DNA of 64,000 bases from positions 3,386-67,385 of the forward strand of contig JAFZWY010000002.1 of NCBI GenBank assembly GCA_017617125.1. Reading direction: 5' to 3'. The first letter of the stretch is position 1. Each line of letters opens with the position of its first letter. This document shows, piece after piece, positions 54,550 through 62,447 of this stretch. The stretch is from Bacteroidales bacterium. Its GTDB lineage: Bacteria; Bacteroidota; Bacteroidia; Bacteroidales; ML635J-15. A program made the translations under genes and the position numbers. The notes under the pieces were generated by a model. That model saw only the letters and a program-made list of their open reading frames with translations. It was not told the DNA's origin and did not search any database.

Positions 54550-54557
54550 CAAATTTA
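54550..54557 (-). promoter_or_regulatory. -7 promoter box TAaaTTTG
   Basis: The minus strand reads gtTAaaTTTGcattcaaatgttatcgtATG. Confidence 0.5.
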
Positions 54558-54648
54558 ACAAAAAAGTCATCAATCGCACTATAAAAAAAAGAAAACACCT
54601 GCGAATCCAGATGTTTCCTCAAAATATCAAATTATAGGATACGGTATG

Positions 54649-55233
54649 CTACTTTGTAAGTATGATGCTCTTTTCGTCGACAAGCCTGCGCAAATTCATT
54701 ATGGCATATCTCATTCTACCTAGAGCAGTATTTATGCTCACATTGGTAGCGTCTGCAATTTCCTTGAAACTCATGCCGCCATAATGTCTAAGCATTATTA
54801 CTTCCTTCTGCTCTTCGGGCAAATAATCGAGCAATTTCCTGACATCGGAAAATATCTGCTCCTCTACTATCCTATCCTCAACAGTCGAATCGGACAAGCT
54901 TGTAGAATTAAGGACATATTCGTTTTCGTCGCTCGATGTCATGCCATTATTCCTGTCGTAACGGAAATAATCGATTACAAGATTATGTGCGATTCGCATT
55001 ACCCAAGGCAGGAATTTGCCTTCATCGGAATATGAGCGCGAACGCAACGAAGACATAACCTTCAAGAAGGTGTCCTGAAATATATCGTCTGCAATTGTGG
55101 GATTCTTGACATTTAGAAGGATATAAGAATAAACTTTGCCCTTATACCTGTCGATAAGAACCTCGATGCACTTTTTATCCCCTGAAACAAATGCGTCAAT
55201 GAGCATTTGATCCGAAAACTTGTCGTATGTCAT
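54649..55233 (-). CDS. ECF-type RNA polymerase sigma-70 family factor
   Basis: 194 aa with region 2 DIFQDTFLKV...WVMRIAHNLVIDYFR and region 4 MSFKEIADATNVSINTALGRMRYA. No anti-sigma gene is adjacent. Confidence 0.9.
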   Translation of the reverse strand: MTYDKFSDQMLIDAFVSGDKKCIEVLIDRYKGKVYSYILLNVKNPTIADDIFQDTFLKVMSSLRSRSYSDEGKFLPWVMRIAHNLVIDYFRYDRNNGMTSSDENEYVLNSTSLSDSTVEDRIVEEQIFSDVRKLLDYLPEEQKEVIMLRHYGGMSFKEIADATNVSINTALGRMRYAIMNLRRLVDEKSIILTK

Positions 55234-55368
55234 ATCTCTATATTACAATAAGTTAAGGATAAAAGTGTATCTTATAGGCGTTCTTCCTTTCTTTTTTATT
55301 ATGTCAATAAATATAGTTTAACGAGGCAAATATAAAATAAAATTTCGTAACTGCAGCAAAAAAATCAA

Positions 55369-56133
55369 TTATTTTTTTCTTGCCACATATAGAATCTCCT
55401 TTTTATCAAGGCGATAGAGCTCAATTTTTTCTGCCGGCAACTTTTCCTTTATGTCGAACTCTTCGACCTCGAAACCAACCGACCTAAGTCTATCGGGATA
55501 GTCGAGTCCGTGCCAACGAACATGGTCGTACTGGCCGAAGTGCTTTTCGCGTTCGAGCGGATCGGTAATGCTTGCATCTTCGTATGTCTCCTTGAAATCG
55601 GTATTTATCGGGACCTGCAAAATGGCTGTTCCTCCACTTTTCAGCACGCGGAAAATCTCCTTCATGGCTGTAATGTCGTTTGGTACATGTTCGAGCACAT
55701 GGTTGCAGATGACATAGTCGTACGACTCGTCCTTCAATGGAATCTGCATGATGTCGAAATGCAGGTCAGCAATAGGCGACACCAGGTCGGCCGTTGTGTA
55801 GTCGATGTTTTCGGCCTTCTTGAACCTTTTAATGAACGGCTGCTCGGGTGCAATATGCAATACCGTCTTCTTAGTAGTGAAAAAATCGGAATATTCGGTC
55901 CAGTACAACCACATTAGCCTATGTCTTTCGAGAGAAAGGCACTTCGGACACAGACGGTTGTCGCTACCGCTTTTGCCGTAGGGCAAAAACTTGCGGAACG
56001 ACTTTCCGCAAACCGGACATGTAACATTATGACCGATGTAAAATGGTCGCACAAGTATCGAAAACAGTCCCGAAAACCTTATCAGTATGGGACGAGGAAT
56101 CTTTCTAACTAAAAATCTTATCAGTTTTTTCAT
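55369..56133 (-). CDS. Class I SAM-dependent methyltransferase with N-terminal zinc ribbon
   Basis: 254 aa: CPVCG...CPKC, then VLHIAPE, YDYVICNHVLEHV, LKSGGTAILQVP. It starts 1 nt after the helicase stop. Confidence 0.85.
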   Translation of the reverse strand: MKKLIRFLVRKIPRPILIRFSGLFSILVRPFYIGHNVTCPVCGKSFRKFLPYGKSGSDNRLCPKCLSLERHRLMWLYWTEYSDFFTTKKTVLHIAPEQPFIKRFKKAENIDYTTADLVSPIADLHFDIMQIPLKDESYDYVICNHVLEHVPNDITAMKEIFRVLKSGGTAILQVPINTDFKETYEDASITDPLEREKHFGQYDHVRWHGLDYPDRLRSVGFEVEEFDIKEKLPAEKIELYRLDKKEILYVARKK

Positions 56134-56134
56134 A

Positions 56135-59100
56135 TCAAATATTCAAATTAATGGTTTCGATTTTTTCAAGAGAATCAACCTTTACCAGTTCTTTTCTAAA
56201 ATAATACCAAATATACGACGAAACTTTCATTCCGGCAAACTGTTTCATTTGCGAAACAAGATCGGCATAATAGAGCACCTGCTTAGCATATGTCCTGTTA
56301 TGTATCTCCTCGCCAAACTTATAGTCGAGGATTACAACTTCATCGGGAAATAGCATGACACGGTCGGGACGCTTGAGCTTATAATCCTTCGACGCGGGGT
56401 CGATAATGTTAAATTCATTGTATACCTTGCAACCACCACCGAACCATGTACCGATAATGCCTTGACCTATCTGCGAGCTTATATCAGCGATGACAGAATC
56501 GACCATTTCTTCTTCGATTTCTCCGTTGTAGAACATTTGCCTAACAGAACGTTCAACATCATTTGCTGTTTCGATATTCTCGAATATGGCGTGGTACTTT
56601 GTTCCCCTGACACGAGCCGACCACCCGCCTTCAACATTTTCATTCAAATGATGAGAAATACCAATTTCGGGCTTTTCGCAAACCGGATATTCCTTTATTA
56701 CGGCATCTTCATCATTTACCTTTACTTTCGGTTCGCTGTCGGCTAACCAACCGCAGGTAAACGACCTGACATTAACATCGGGATTGCAAGTGGAAGCATA
56801 CTCTGCACTACTCCATGGCTCGCCAACCCAGCATTCTGCAATATGGTCGCTCATGAAATAATTCCATAGCAAATCCGATACGTCTGACATTGAAACTATT
56901 CCGTCTGCAGAACCGCTTTTCTTCCTCAACGCCGATACATACAATCCGTACTTTGCCCTTGTGAACGCAACATAAAGCAAATTGAACGACTCTATACGCC
57001 TTCGATACAGGTCTTTTTCATAGAAGTCGCTAAACTTGGTTTTCTCAAGCTGCTTTGTACACAAAACAGGGATTCGCATAGCATTATTACCTGAGCACTC
57101 GTCAACTTTTGAAACTGCATACGAATTATCATTAACATCCAAACCGACATACAAATAATCGGCAGAAAAGTTGCTCTTCTTGTCGAAACTCCAGTTACAG
57201 AACGGAACAAATACGTACTCAGCCTCCAGTCCTTTCGAAGCATGCACAGTTATAATCTTTATTGCATCCTGATTTTCAGGAATCTTAAGAGTTTCCTCTC
57301 CACATCTTTCGTCCCAATAATCGACGAATGCCTGCAAATCGGTGGATTTAGATGAAAAATCGTGCACAAGATTCCTAAATGCAATAAGGAAAGGCACGTT
57401 CGACTTTTTACGGTTCAGTCCCAGACGGCTTATAAGCATATCCACAATTTCGAACGACTGCATGCCTGCAATGTTTCCCTGGTTGTCACCGACGACTTCA
57501 TTAAAACTATTTACAAGCGTATTATTGTCGAAATCGTTAACGACGTCGGGACTATCGTGCTCGGTATAATATATGTACGCGGCCTCTGCCAACGATAACC
57601 TGTCGTCGGGATTCAACAGACTGCGCATATATGCAACAATAAGCCTAACTGCAGGATTCGACACAATATACAAAGCCTCGTCGGAAACCACATCATAGCA
57701 AACATCCGGTTTCCTGTCGGATTCTGGAATCGAATAGAACTTATTCGCAATGAAAGTTGCATCAGGATTTGTCCTCACAAGTATTGTTATCTGGCTAGGA
57801 AGCACGCCCTTCTTTTGTTGGAGGTTTTCGATTTCCGCCAGCATATCGCTAAATATGATGTCTTTCGTCTCGTCACGACCCTCTTCGTATTCAAAGAACT
57901 TAACCTTGACCTCCGAGTTGGAATTAGTCTTTGTTACTTTTTGTTTAACATCACTATACAGCGACTCGTTCCCCGCACCAAAATACTGCTCGTTCTGCTT
58001 ATATCCTGTAGAAAAGAAATCGTTGTTAAACTCGACGATATTCTTTGCCGTACGATGATTTTCAGACAAGCCACATTTGTCCACATTGCCACCGAGCAAA
58101 GCGTCGTGCTCAATTCCCGACAAAATGCTCCAGTCGCCGCCGCGCCACGAATAAATCGACTGCTTTATGTCGCCTACTATAATGCTGCGGTTATTGCTTG
58201 CCAATGCCTCTGAAAGCATAGTACGGAATACATCCCACTGTGTCCTACTCGTATCCTGGAATTCGTCGATAAGGAAATGGGAAAACTCTGTGCCCACTTT
58301 CTCGAAGATAAAAGGCATTACCGATATCGACCTGTTATCGCCATCCTGATAGCCCTCGATAATCTTTGACAGCAGCGACGGTACATCCGAAAGCAGGAAC
58401 AATGCATCGCGTTCCAGATTATCGCGCAGAATCTCGACTGCCCTGTCGAGCATCCTTATGAGGTTAACGCTTTTCAACACGACGTATGCCGTACAATACG
58501 CACGGTAATCGTTGTTCTCAACGAAATCAACGACTATACGACTTATATTGGACTCGTCAGACTCGGAAGCACCCTTATTAAACCACTTTCTATATAAAGT
58601 ACTGCTCAGACCATCATCACTCTGCTCGTACGTCTTATAAATAAACTCCTTGAGAGCATGATTGCTTGCGGGAAGATTTTTTACAAAGAAACTATCCGAA
58701 GCCTTCGGTTTATGTTCAAGATCGGAATCAACTATTTTCTTAATCTTTAACAGACATTCCCTATAATTCTTACAGAAACTCTCTACCGTTTGTTCCAACT
58801 GGCCGACGTAAGCATCAAAAAGCCTCATGTCGTCAAAGCCCTTATAACCTTCGGCCAATGCTTTTTTTATAAAGTTATGCATCAACCTCTTAGGCGACCA
58901 GCTAACATCACTATCAATATTATCGGCGATGAGCTTTTCAATGCATGACCTCAAATCCGATTCATTATCGTCTTCGGCAATAAGCATCAAATCATCGACA
59001 AGCTGTGATATCACAATGTCAATCTGCAACTCCAGCTCGTAATTTTGCTTCAGGTCGAGTTCGTAGGTCATGCTCCTGACTATGCTCTGGAAAAAGCTAT

Positions 59101-59455
59101 CGATAGTAGAGACCGAGAAGAACGAATAGTCGTGTATGATCTGTGTAAAAAAGTTACGGGAACGGCTTATTATTTCATTTCTGGACAGCCCTGTCCTTTC
59201 TATTATCTTACCGATAATATCTTCAGTTTTTTTCTTCTTCGTCGGATCCAATGTCGTGTCGACATTCGAGATCTGGTATAGGTTGAGTATAATTCGCGAC
59301 TTCATTTCCTCGCACGCCTTGTTGGTAAATGTTACAGCAAGGATATTGCGATACGAAGTGCTTTCCAGCATCATCGAGATATACTCGTAGGCAATCGTAT
59401 ATGTCTTGCCCGAACCTGCCGAAGCCGAATATACTGAAAGATTATTCAAAGGCAT
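56135..59455 (-). CDS. UvrD-family helicase fused to PD-(D/E)xK nuclease (AddA/RecB-like)
   Basis: 1106 aa with Walker A SASAGSGKTY, LAVTFTNKACEEM and FLIDEFQDTS. C-terminal nuclease motif RPDRVMLFPDEVVILDYKFG. Confidence 0.9.
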   Translation of the reverse strand: MPLNNLSVYSASAGSGKTYTIAYEYISMMLESTSYRNILAVTFTNKACEEMKSRIILNLYQISNVDTTLDPTKKKKTEDIIGKIIERTGLSRNEIISRSRNFFTQIIHDYSFFSVSTIDSFFQSIVRSMTYELDLKQNYELELQIDIVISQLVDDLMLIAEDDNESDLRSCIEKLIADNIDSDVSWSPKRLMHNFIKKALAEGYKGFDDMRLFDAYVGQLEQTVESFCKNYRECLLKIKKIVDSDLEHKPKASDSFFVKNLPASNHALKEFIYKTYEQSDDGLSSTLYRKWFNKGASESDESNISRIVVDFVENNDYRAYCTAYVVLKSVNLIRMLDRAVEILRDNLERDALFLLSDVPSLLSKIIEGYQDGDNRSISVMPFIFEKVGTEFSHFLIDEFQDTSRTQWDVFRTMLSEALASNNRSIIVGDIKQSIYSWRGGDWSILSGIEHDALLGGNVDKCGLSENHRTAKNIVEFNNDFFSTGYKQNEQYFGAGNESLYSDVKQKVTKTNSNSEVKVKFFEYEEGRDETKDIIFSDMLAEIENLQQKKGVLPSQITILVRTNPDATFIANKFYSIPESDRKPDVCYDVVSDEALYIVSNPAVRLIVAYMRSLLNPDDRLSLAEAAYIYYTEHDSPDVVNDFDNNTLVNSFNEVVGDNQGNIAGMQSFEIVDMLISRLGLNRKKSNVPFLIAFRNLVHDFSSKSTDLQAFVDYWDERCGEETLKIPENQDAIKIITVHASKGLEAEYVFVPFCNWSFDKKSNFSADYLYVGLDVNDNSYAVSKVDECSGNNAMRIPVLCTKQLEKTKFSDFYEKDLYRRRIESFNLLYVAFTRAKYGLYVSALRKKSGSADGIVSMSDVSDLLWNYFMSDHIAECWVGEPWSSAEYASTCNPDVNVRSFTCGWLADSEPKVKVNDEDAVIKEYPVCEKPEIGISHHLNENVEGGWSARVRGTKYHAIFENIETANDVERSVRQMFYNGEIEEEMVDSVIADISSQIGQGIIGTWFGGGCKVYNEFNIIDPASKDYKLKRPDRVMLFPDEVVILDYKFGEEIHNRTYAKQVLYYADLVSQMKQFAGMKVSSYIWYYFRKELVKVDSLEKIETINLNI

Positions 59456-59458
59456 ATA

Positions 59459-59755
59459 TTACCTTACAATATACTCGACAGTGTCGCACTCAATTACATT
59501 AACTGTAGTATCCCAAATATTAGGATATTTGATAACGTTTATGTCATATTTGCCGACACCCTTTATGAGTGTGCGGACTTTATCATTGTCGATTTCACCA
59601 ATCTTCTCGCTGTTAATCCTCAATTCTACCGTAGATCCAGACTTATTAATAACAGAAATTGTTCCTAAGTGGTTTACTTCGCAAGCATTTCGTACACGGC
59701 AAGATATTGCAGCCAATGACATTATTATAACAACAAACAAGACAAACTTTTTCAT
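59459..59755 (-). CDS. Small lipoprotein of unknown function, 3 nt upstream of the helicase-nuclease gene
   Basis: The sequence begins MKKFVLFVVIIMSLAAISC. I place the start at ATG 59755 because the -7 box overlaps the upstream ATG of the track ORF. Confidence 0.6.
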   Translation of the reverse strand: MKKFVLFVVIIMSLAAISCRVRNACEVNHLGTISVINKSGSTVELRINSEKIGEIDNDKVRTLIKGVGKYDINVIKYPNIWDTTVNVIECDTVEYIVR

Positions 59756-59770
59756 CTTATATTTTTTTGC

Positions 59771-59778
59771 CAAAGGTA
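59771..59778 (-). promoter_or_regulatory. -7 promoter box TAccTTTG
   Basis: The minus strand reads attatTAccTTTGgcaaaaaaatataagATG. Confidence 0.5.
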
Positions 59779-59898
59779 ATAATTATTTCTATTCAAAACA
59801 ATGGTAAATGTCTTGCTGTCTAACAGGCGGATAGGCTAACTGGCGAACAGGCTTACTGTCTGACTGACAGACCGACAGACTGGTCTTCTGATAGACTG

Positions 59899-60876
59899 TT
59901 AGCCTTTATAAACCCTTCCCTGAAACATTCCGTTCCTCTTCATATATGCGTCCACAATATGGGTCACTTCGAAATTTTTTCGTCCGCCCCAGTCAGGATA
60001 TAAAAGCATATCGCGAGGCGATTCGCTGGTGAGACGCTCTACAATTATTTCGGGATTTAGAATGTCAATAAAATTAGCGACAATACGCACATAATTCTCC
60101 AGCGACATATCGTCAAGCATACTTGGATTTTCGGCATATAGCTTTTCCAAACGAGTTCCCTTAAGCACTTGCATCTGATGAAGTTTCAATGTAGAGATTG
60201 GCAAATGGGAAATTTTTTCGGCGTGAGCATAAAAGTCATCTTCGGTTTCGTAAGGCAAACCTATAATAAGGTGAAGTCCGCACATTATGCCATATTTGTG
60301 CGTTAAATCAACTGCTTCGACCGCCTGTTCGTAAGTATGTCCGCGATTTATAAATTCCAGGGTAGAGTTTTGTGTCGATTCGAGCCCGTATTCTATTTCG
60401 ACATAATTGTTTGCTGCATAATCGGCAAGAAGTTTTAGTATATCATCGTCAATACAATCGGGACGTGTCGAAACAACCAGGCCAATCACACCATCGACGG
60501 AAAGAGCTTCGTCAAATTTTTTGCGAAGGATATTGATGGTAGCCGACCCTTCGGCTACGCTCAGGGGGCGGCAGGTAGAACAACTTGGCACATACGTATT
60601 GGTATACGACTGGAAATATGCCAGATATTTCTGTGCGCTATATTTTGGACTAAAGAAATCTATTCCTTTCTGCAACTGCATGGCAATGGAATCGTCGGAA
60701 TTGCAATAGAACGGACTGAAACTCTTGTTGGTGCAATAAATACATCCGTCGGTGCTGATCTTTCCGTCACGGTTTGGACATGTAAAGCCTGCATTTACAG
60801 AGATCTTCTGTACCCGCTCGCCAAAAGTCCTACGGATGTACGATGAATAGTCGTTCCACTGCAATGCGTTACTCAT
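59899..60876 (-). CDS. TIGR01212 (YhcC-like) family radical SAM protein
   Basis: 325 aa with cluster region FTCPNRDGKISTDGCIYC, then KYLAYFQSYTNTY and VSTRPDCI. It carries an apparent extra GC-rich segment at 60538-60588. Confidence 0.88.
   Translation of the reverse strand: MSNALQWNDYSSYIRRTFGERVQKISVNAGFTCPNRDGKISTDGCIYCTNKSFSPFYCNSDDSIAMQLQKGIDFFSPKYSAQKYLAYFQSYTNTYVPSCSTCRPLSVAEGSATINILRKKFDEALSVDGVIGLVVSTRPDCIDDDILKLLADYAANNYVEIEYGLESTQNSTLEFINRGHTYEQAVEAVDLTHKYGIMCGLHLIIGLPYETEDDFYAHAEKISHLPISTLKLHQMQVLKGTRLEKLYAENPSMLDDMSLENYVRIVANFIDILNPEIIVERLTSESPRDMLLYPDWGGRKNFEVTHIVDAYMKRNGMFQGRVYKG
60547..60571 (+). repeat. GC-rich mini-element copy CCCTTCGgctacGCTCAGGGGGCGG inside the radical SAM ORF
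   Basis: It shares CCCTTCG plus GCTCAGGGGGCGG with 46948-46971. It overlaps a perfect 8-bp hairpin gtagccga-ccct-tcggctac (60539-60558). Confidence 0.4.
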
Positions 60877-61549
60877 TTTTTCCCTTTTCCGATGGTGTAT
60901 AATGGTATTTTATCTCAATGTCAGAGCCCTCGAAGGTCGTGTCGTAGTCATCATCGTCCTCGTCGTCAAGATCTTGTACGACCTTTTTTATAGGATAGAT
61001 AAAGGCGCAAACAAGCCCTACAACAGCACCTGCCAGATGGCCTTCCCAACTTATGCCAGTATTCTGCGGATATAGCCCCCAAACCATACTGCCGTACAGA
61101 AAAACCACAATCAACGACAGAGCCATATTCTGAATGTTACCGCTGCGTGCGCCAACCGTAAATATGTATGCAGCAAAGGCATATATCATTCCGCTCGCAC
61201 CAATGTGGATTCCTCCGATTCCGATTATCCACGTCAAAATCCCAGTAAAGAAGTACGAAATAAGAAAAACACGCAGTGCTTTTTCTGGATAAAAGTAGAA
61301 AAGCATTGTTCCAAGCACAATGAAACTCACAGTGTTGGAAAAAATGTGCGATAGATTAGCATGGAGAAAGGGCATTGTGAACACTCCGAACCAGTGCGAA
61401 ATTTCTCGCGGCATAAGTCCGTATTGAGAGAAACTTACATCCAGCAGCCTTTCGGCAGCAAACATCATCCAGCACAGAACCATAAAGAACGTAGGAATGA
61501 CAGCCGCCACTAACAGATGCCTAATCTCTATCTTAGCTCTTGCATCCAT
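60869..61549 (-). CDS. Rhomboid family intramembrane serine protease
   Basis: 226 aa with HANLSHIFSN, catalytic GASGMIYA, GHLAGAVVG and an acidic C-terminal tail. Confidence 0.9.
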   Translation of the reverse strand: MDARAKIEIRHLLVAAVIPTFFMVLCWMMFAAERLLDVSFSQYGLMPREISHWFGVFTMPFLHANLSHIFSNTVSFIVLGTMLFYFYPEKALRVFLISYFFTGILTWIIGIGGIHIGASGMIYAFAAYIFTVGARSGNIQNMALSLIVVFLYGSMVWGLYPQNTGISWEGHLAGAVVGLVCAFIYPIKKVVQDLDDEDDDDYDTTFEGSDIEIKYHYTPSEKGKNE

Positions 61550-62333
61550 TCATAAATTTTGTTACGATGGAAGAAAATTCCTTGTGTAACGACGAATTTG
61601 TAGCAACCATTTCGCCACCAAACAGATAGTTGTCGCCACCAGAAAAGTCGCAGACCTTACCGCCAGCTTCCTGCAAAATGATTATACCGGCCGCCACATC
61701 GTAAGGCTTCAGATCGTACTCGTAAAAAGCATCGAAGCGTCCTGCAGCAACATATGCCATATCCACGGCTGCCGAGCCCAATCGTCTAACACCCTGTGCA
61801 TTAGTAACGAAATACTTCAGCAAGTCGATGTATGGATTTATGATTTCGAACCTATTGTACGGAAATCCAGTTGCAACAAAGGCGTTTGAAACTGAATTTA
61901 CCTTTGAGACGGAAATTTTCTCACCGTTAAGCCAGGCTCCACCATTCTTGTAGGCATAGAAGCATTCCTTCAAACCCACTTCGTACACCACGCCGACAAT
62001 AATCTCATCGTTCTGCTTCAGTGCAATGCTTACCGAACAAGGATAAATCCCATGAATAAAATTGGACGTACCGTCAATCGGGTCTACTATCCAGTTGAAA
62101 ATCTCGCCAACCTTCAACGATGATTTTTCCTCGGCAATAAAGCCAGCCTCAGGCAATATCCGTTGCAACTCATCAACGATGAATTTCTCAGTTTTCTTAT
62201 CGATTTCGGTAACAAAATCGTTCTTGCCCTTTGCATCGATTTTGTAGTCGGCACTATTGATGTGGCTACGAATGATTTCGGCAGCATTCTCGGCCACAAA
62301 TATAGTTTTCTTACAGATATCTTCTAGGTTCAT
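61533..62333 (-). CDS. Inositol monophosphatase family protein (SuhB-like)
   Basis: 266 aa with FIAEE, WIVDPIDGTSNFIHG and LGSAAVDMAYVAAGRFD. Confidence 0.9.
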   Translation of the reverse strand: MNLEDICKKTIFVAENAAEIIRSHINSADYKIDAKGKNDFVTEIDKKTEKFIVDELQRILPEAGFIAEEKSSLKVGEIFNWIVDPIDGTSNFIHGIYPCSVSIALKQNDEIIVGVVYEVGLKECFYAYKNGGAWLNGEKISVSKVNSVSNAFVATGFPYNRFEIINPYIDLLKYFVTNAQGVRRLGSAAVDMAYVAAGRFDAFYEYDLKPYDVAAGIIILQEAGGKVCDFSGGDNYLFGGEMVATNSSLHKEFSSIVTKFMNGCKS

Positions 62334-62361
62334 AATTATAAATTCATTGCATTTATCAAAA

Positions 62362-62369
62362 CAAAAGTA
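62362..62369 (-). promoter_or_regulatory. -7 promoter box TActTTTG
   Basis: The minus strand reads ccaTActTTTGttttg, with 28 nt to ATG 62333. Confidence 0.45.
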
Positions 62370-62390
62370 TGGAATTATTTGATGTGAGAC

Positions 62391-62429
62391 AAAAAAAATC
62401 GTAGGTTCGGAAATAACCGCACCTACGAT
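62391..62429 (-). terminator. Terminator after the right-edge T9SS gene
   Basis: A 9-bp stem atcgtaggt / acctacgat with a 14-nt loop. It is followed on the minus strand by tttttttt. Confidence 0.7.
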
Positions 62430-62447
62430 TTGCTATAAACATTTGTA

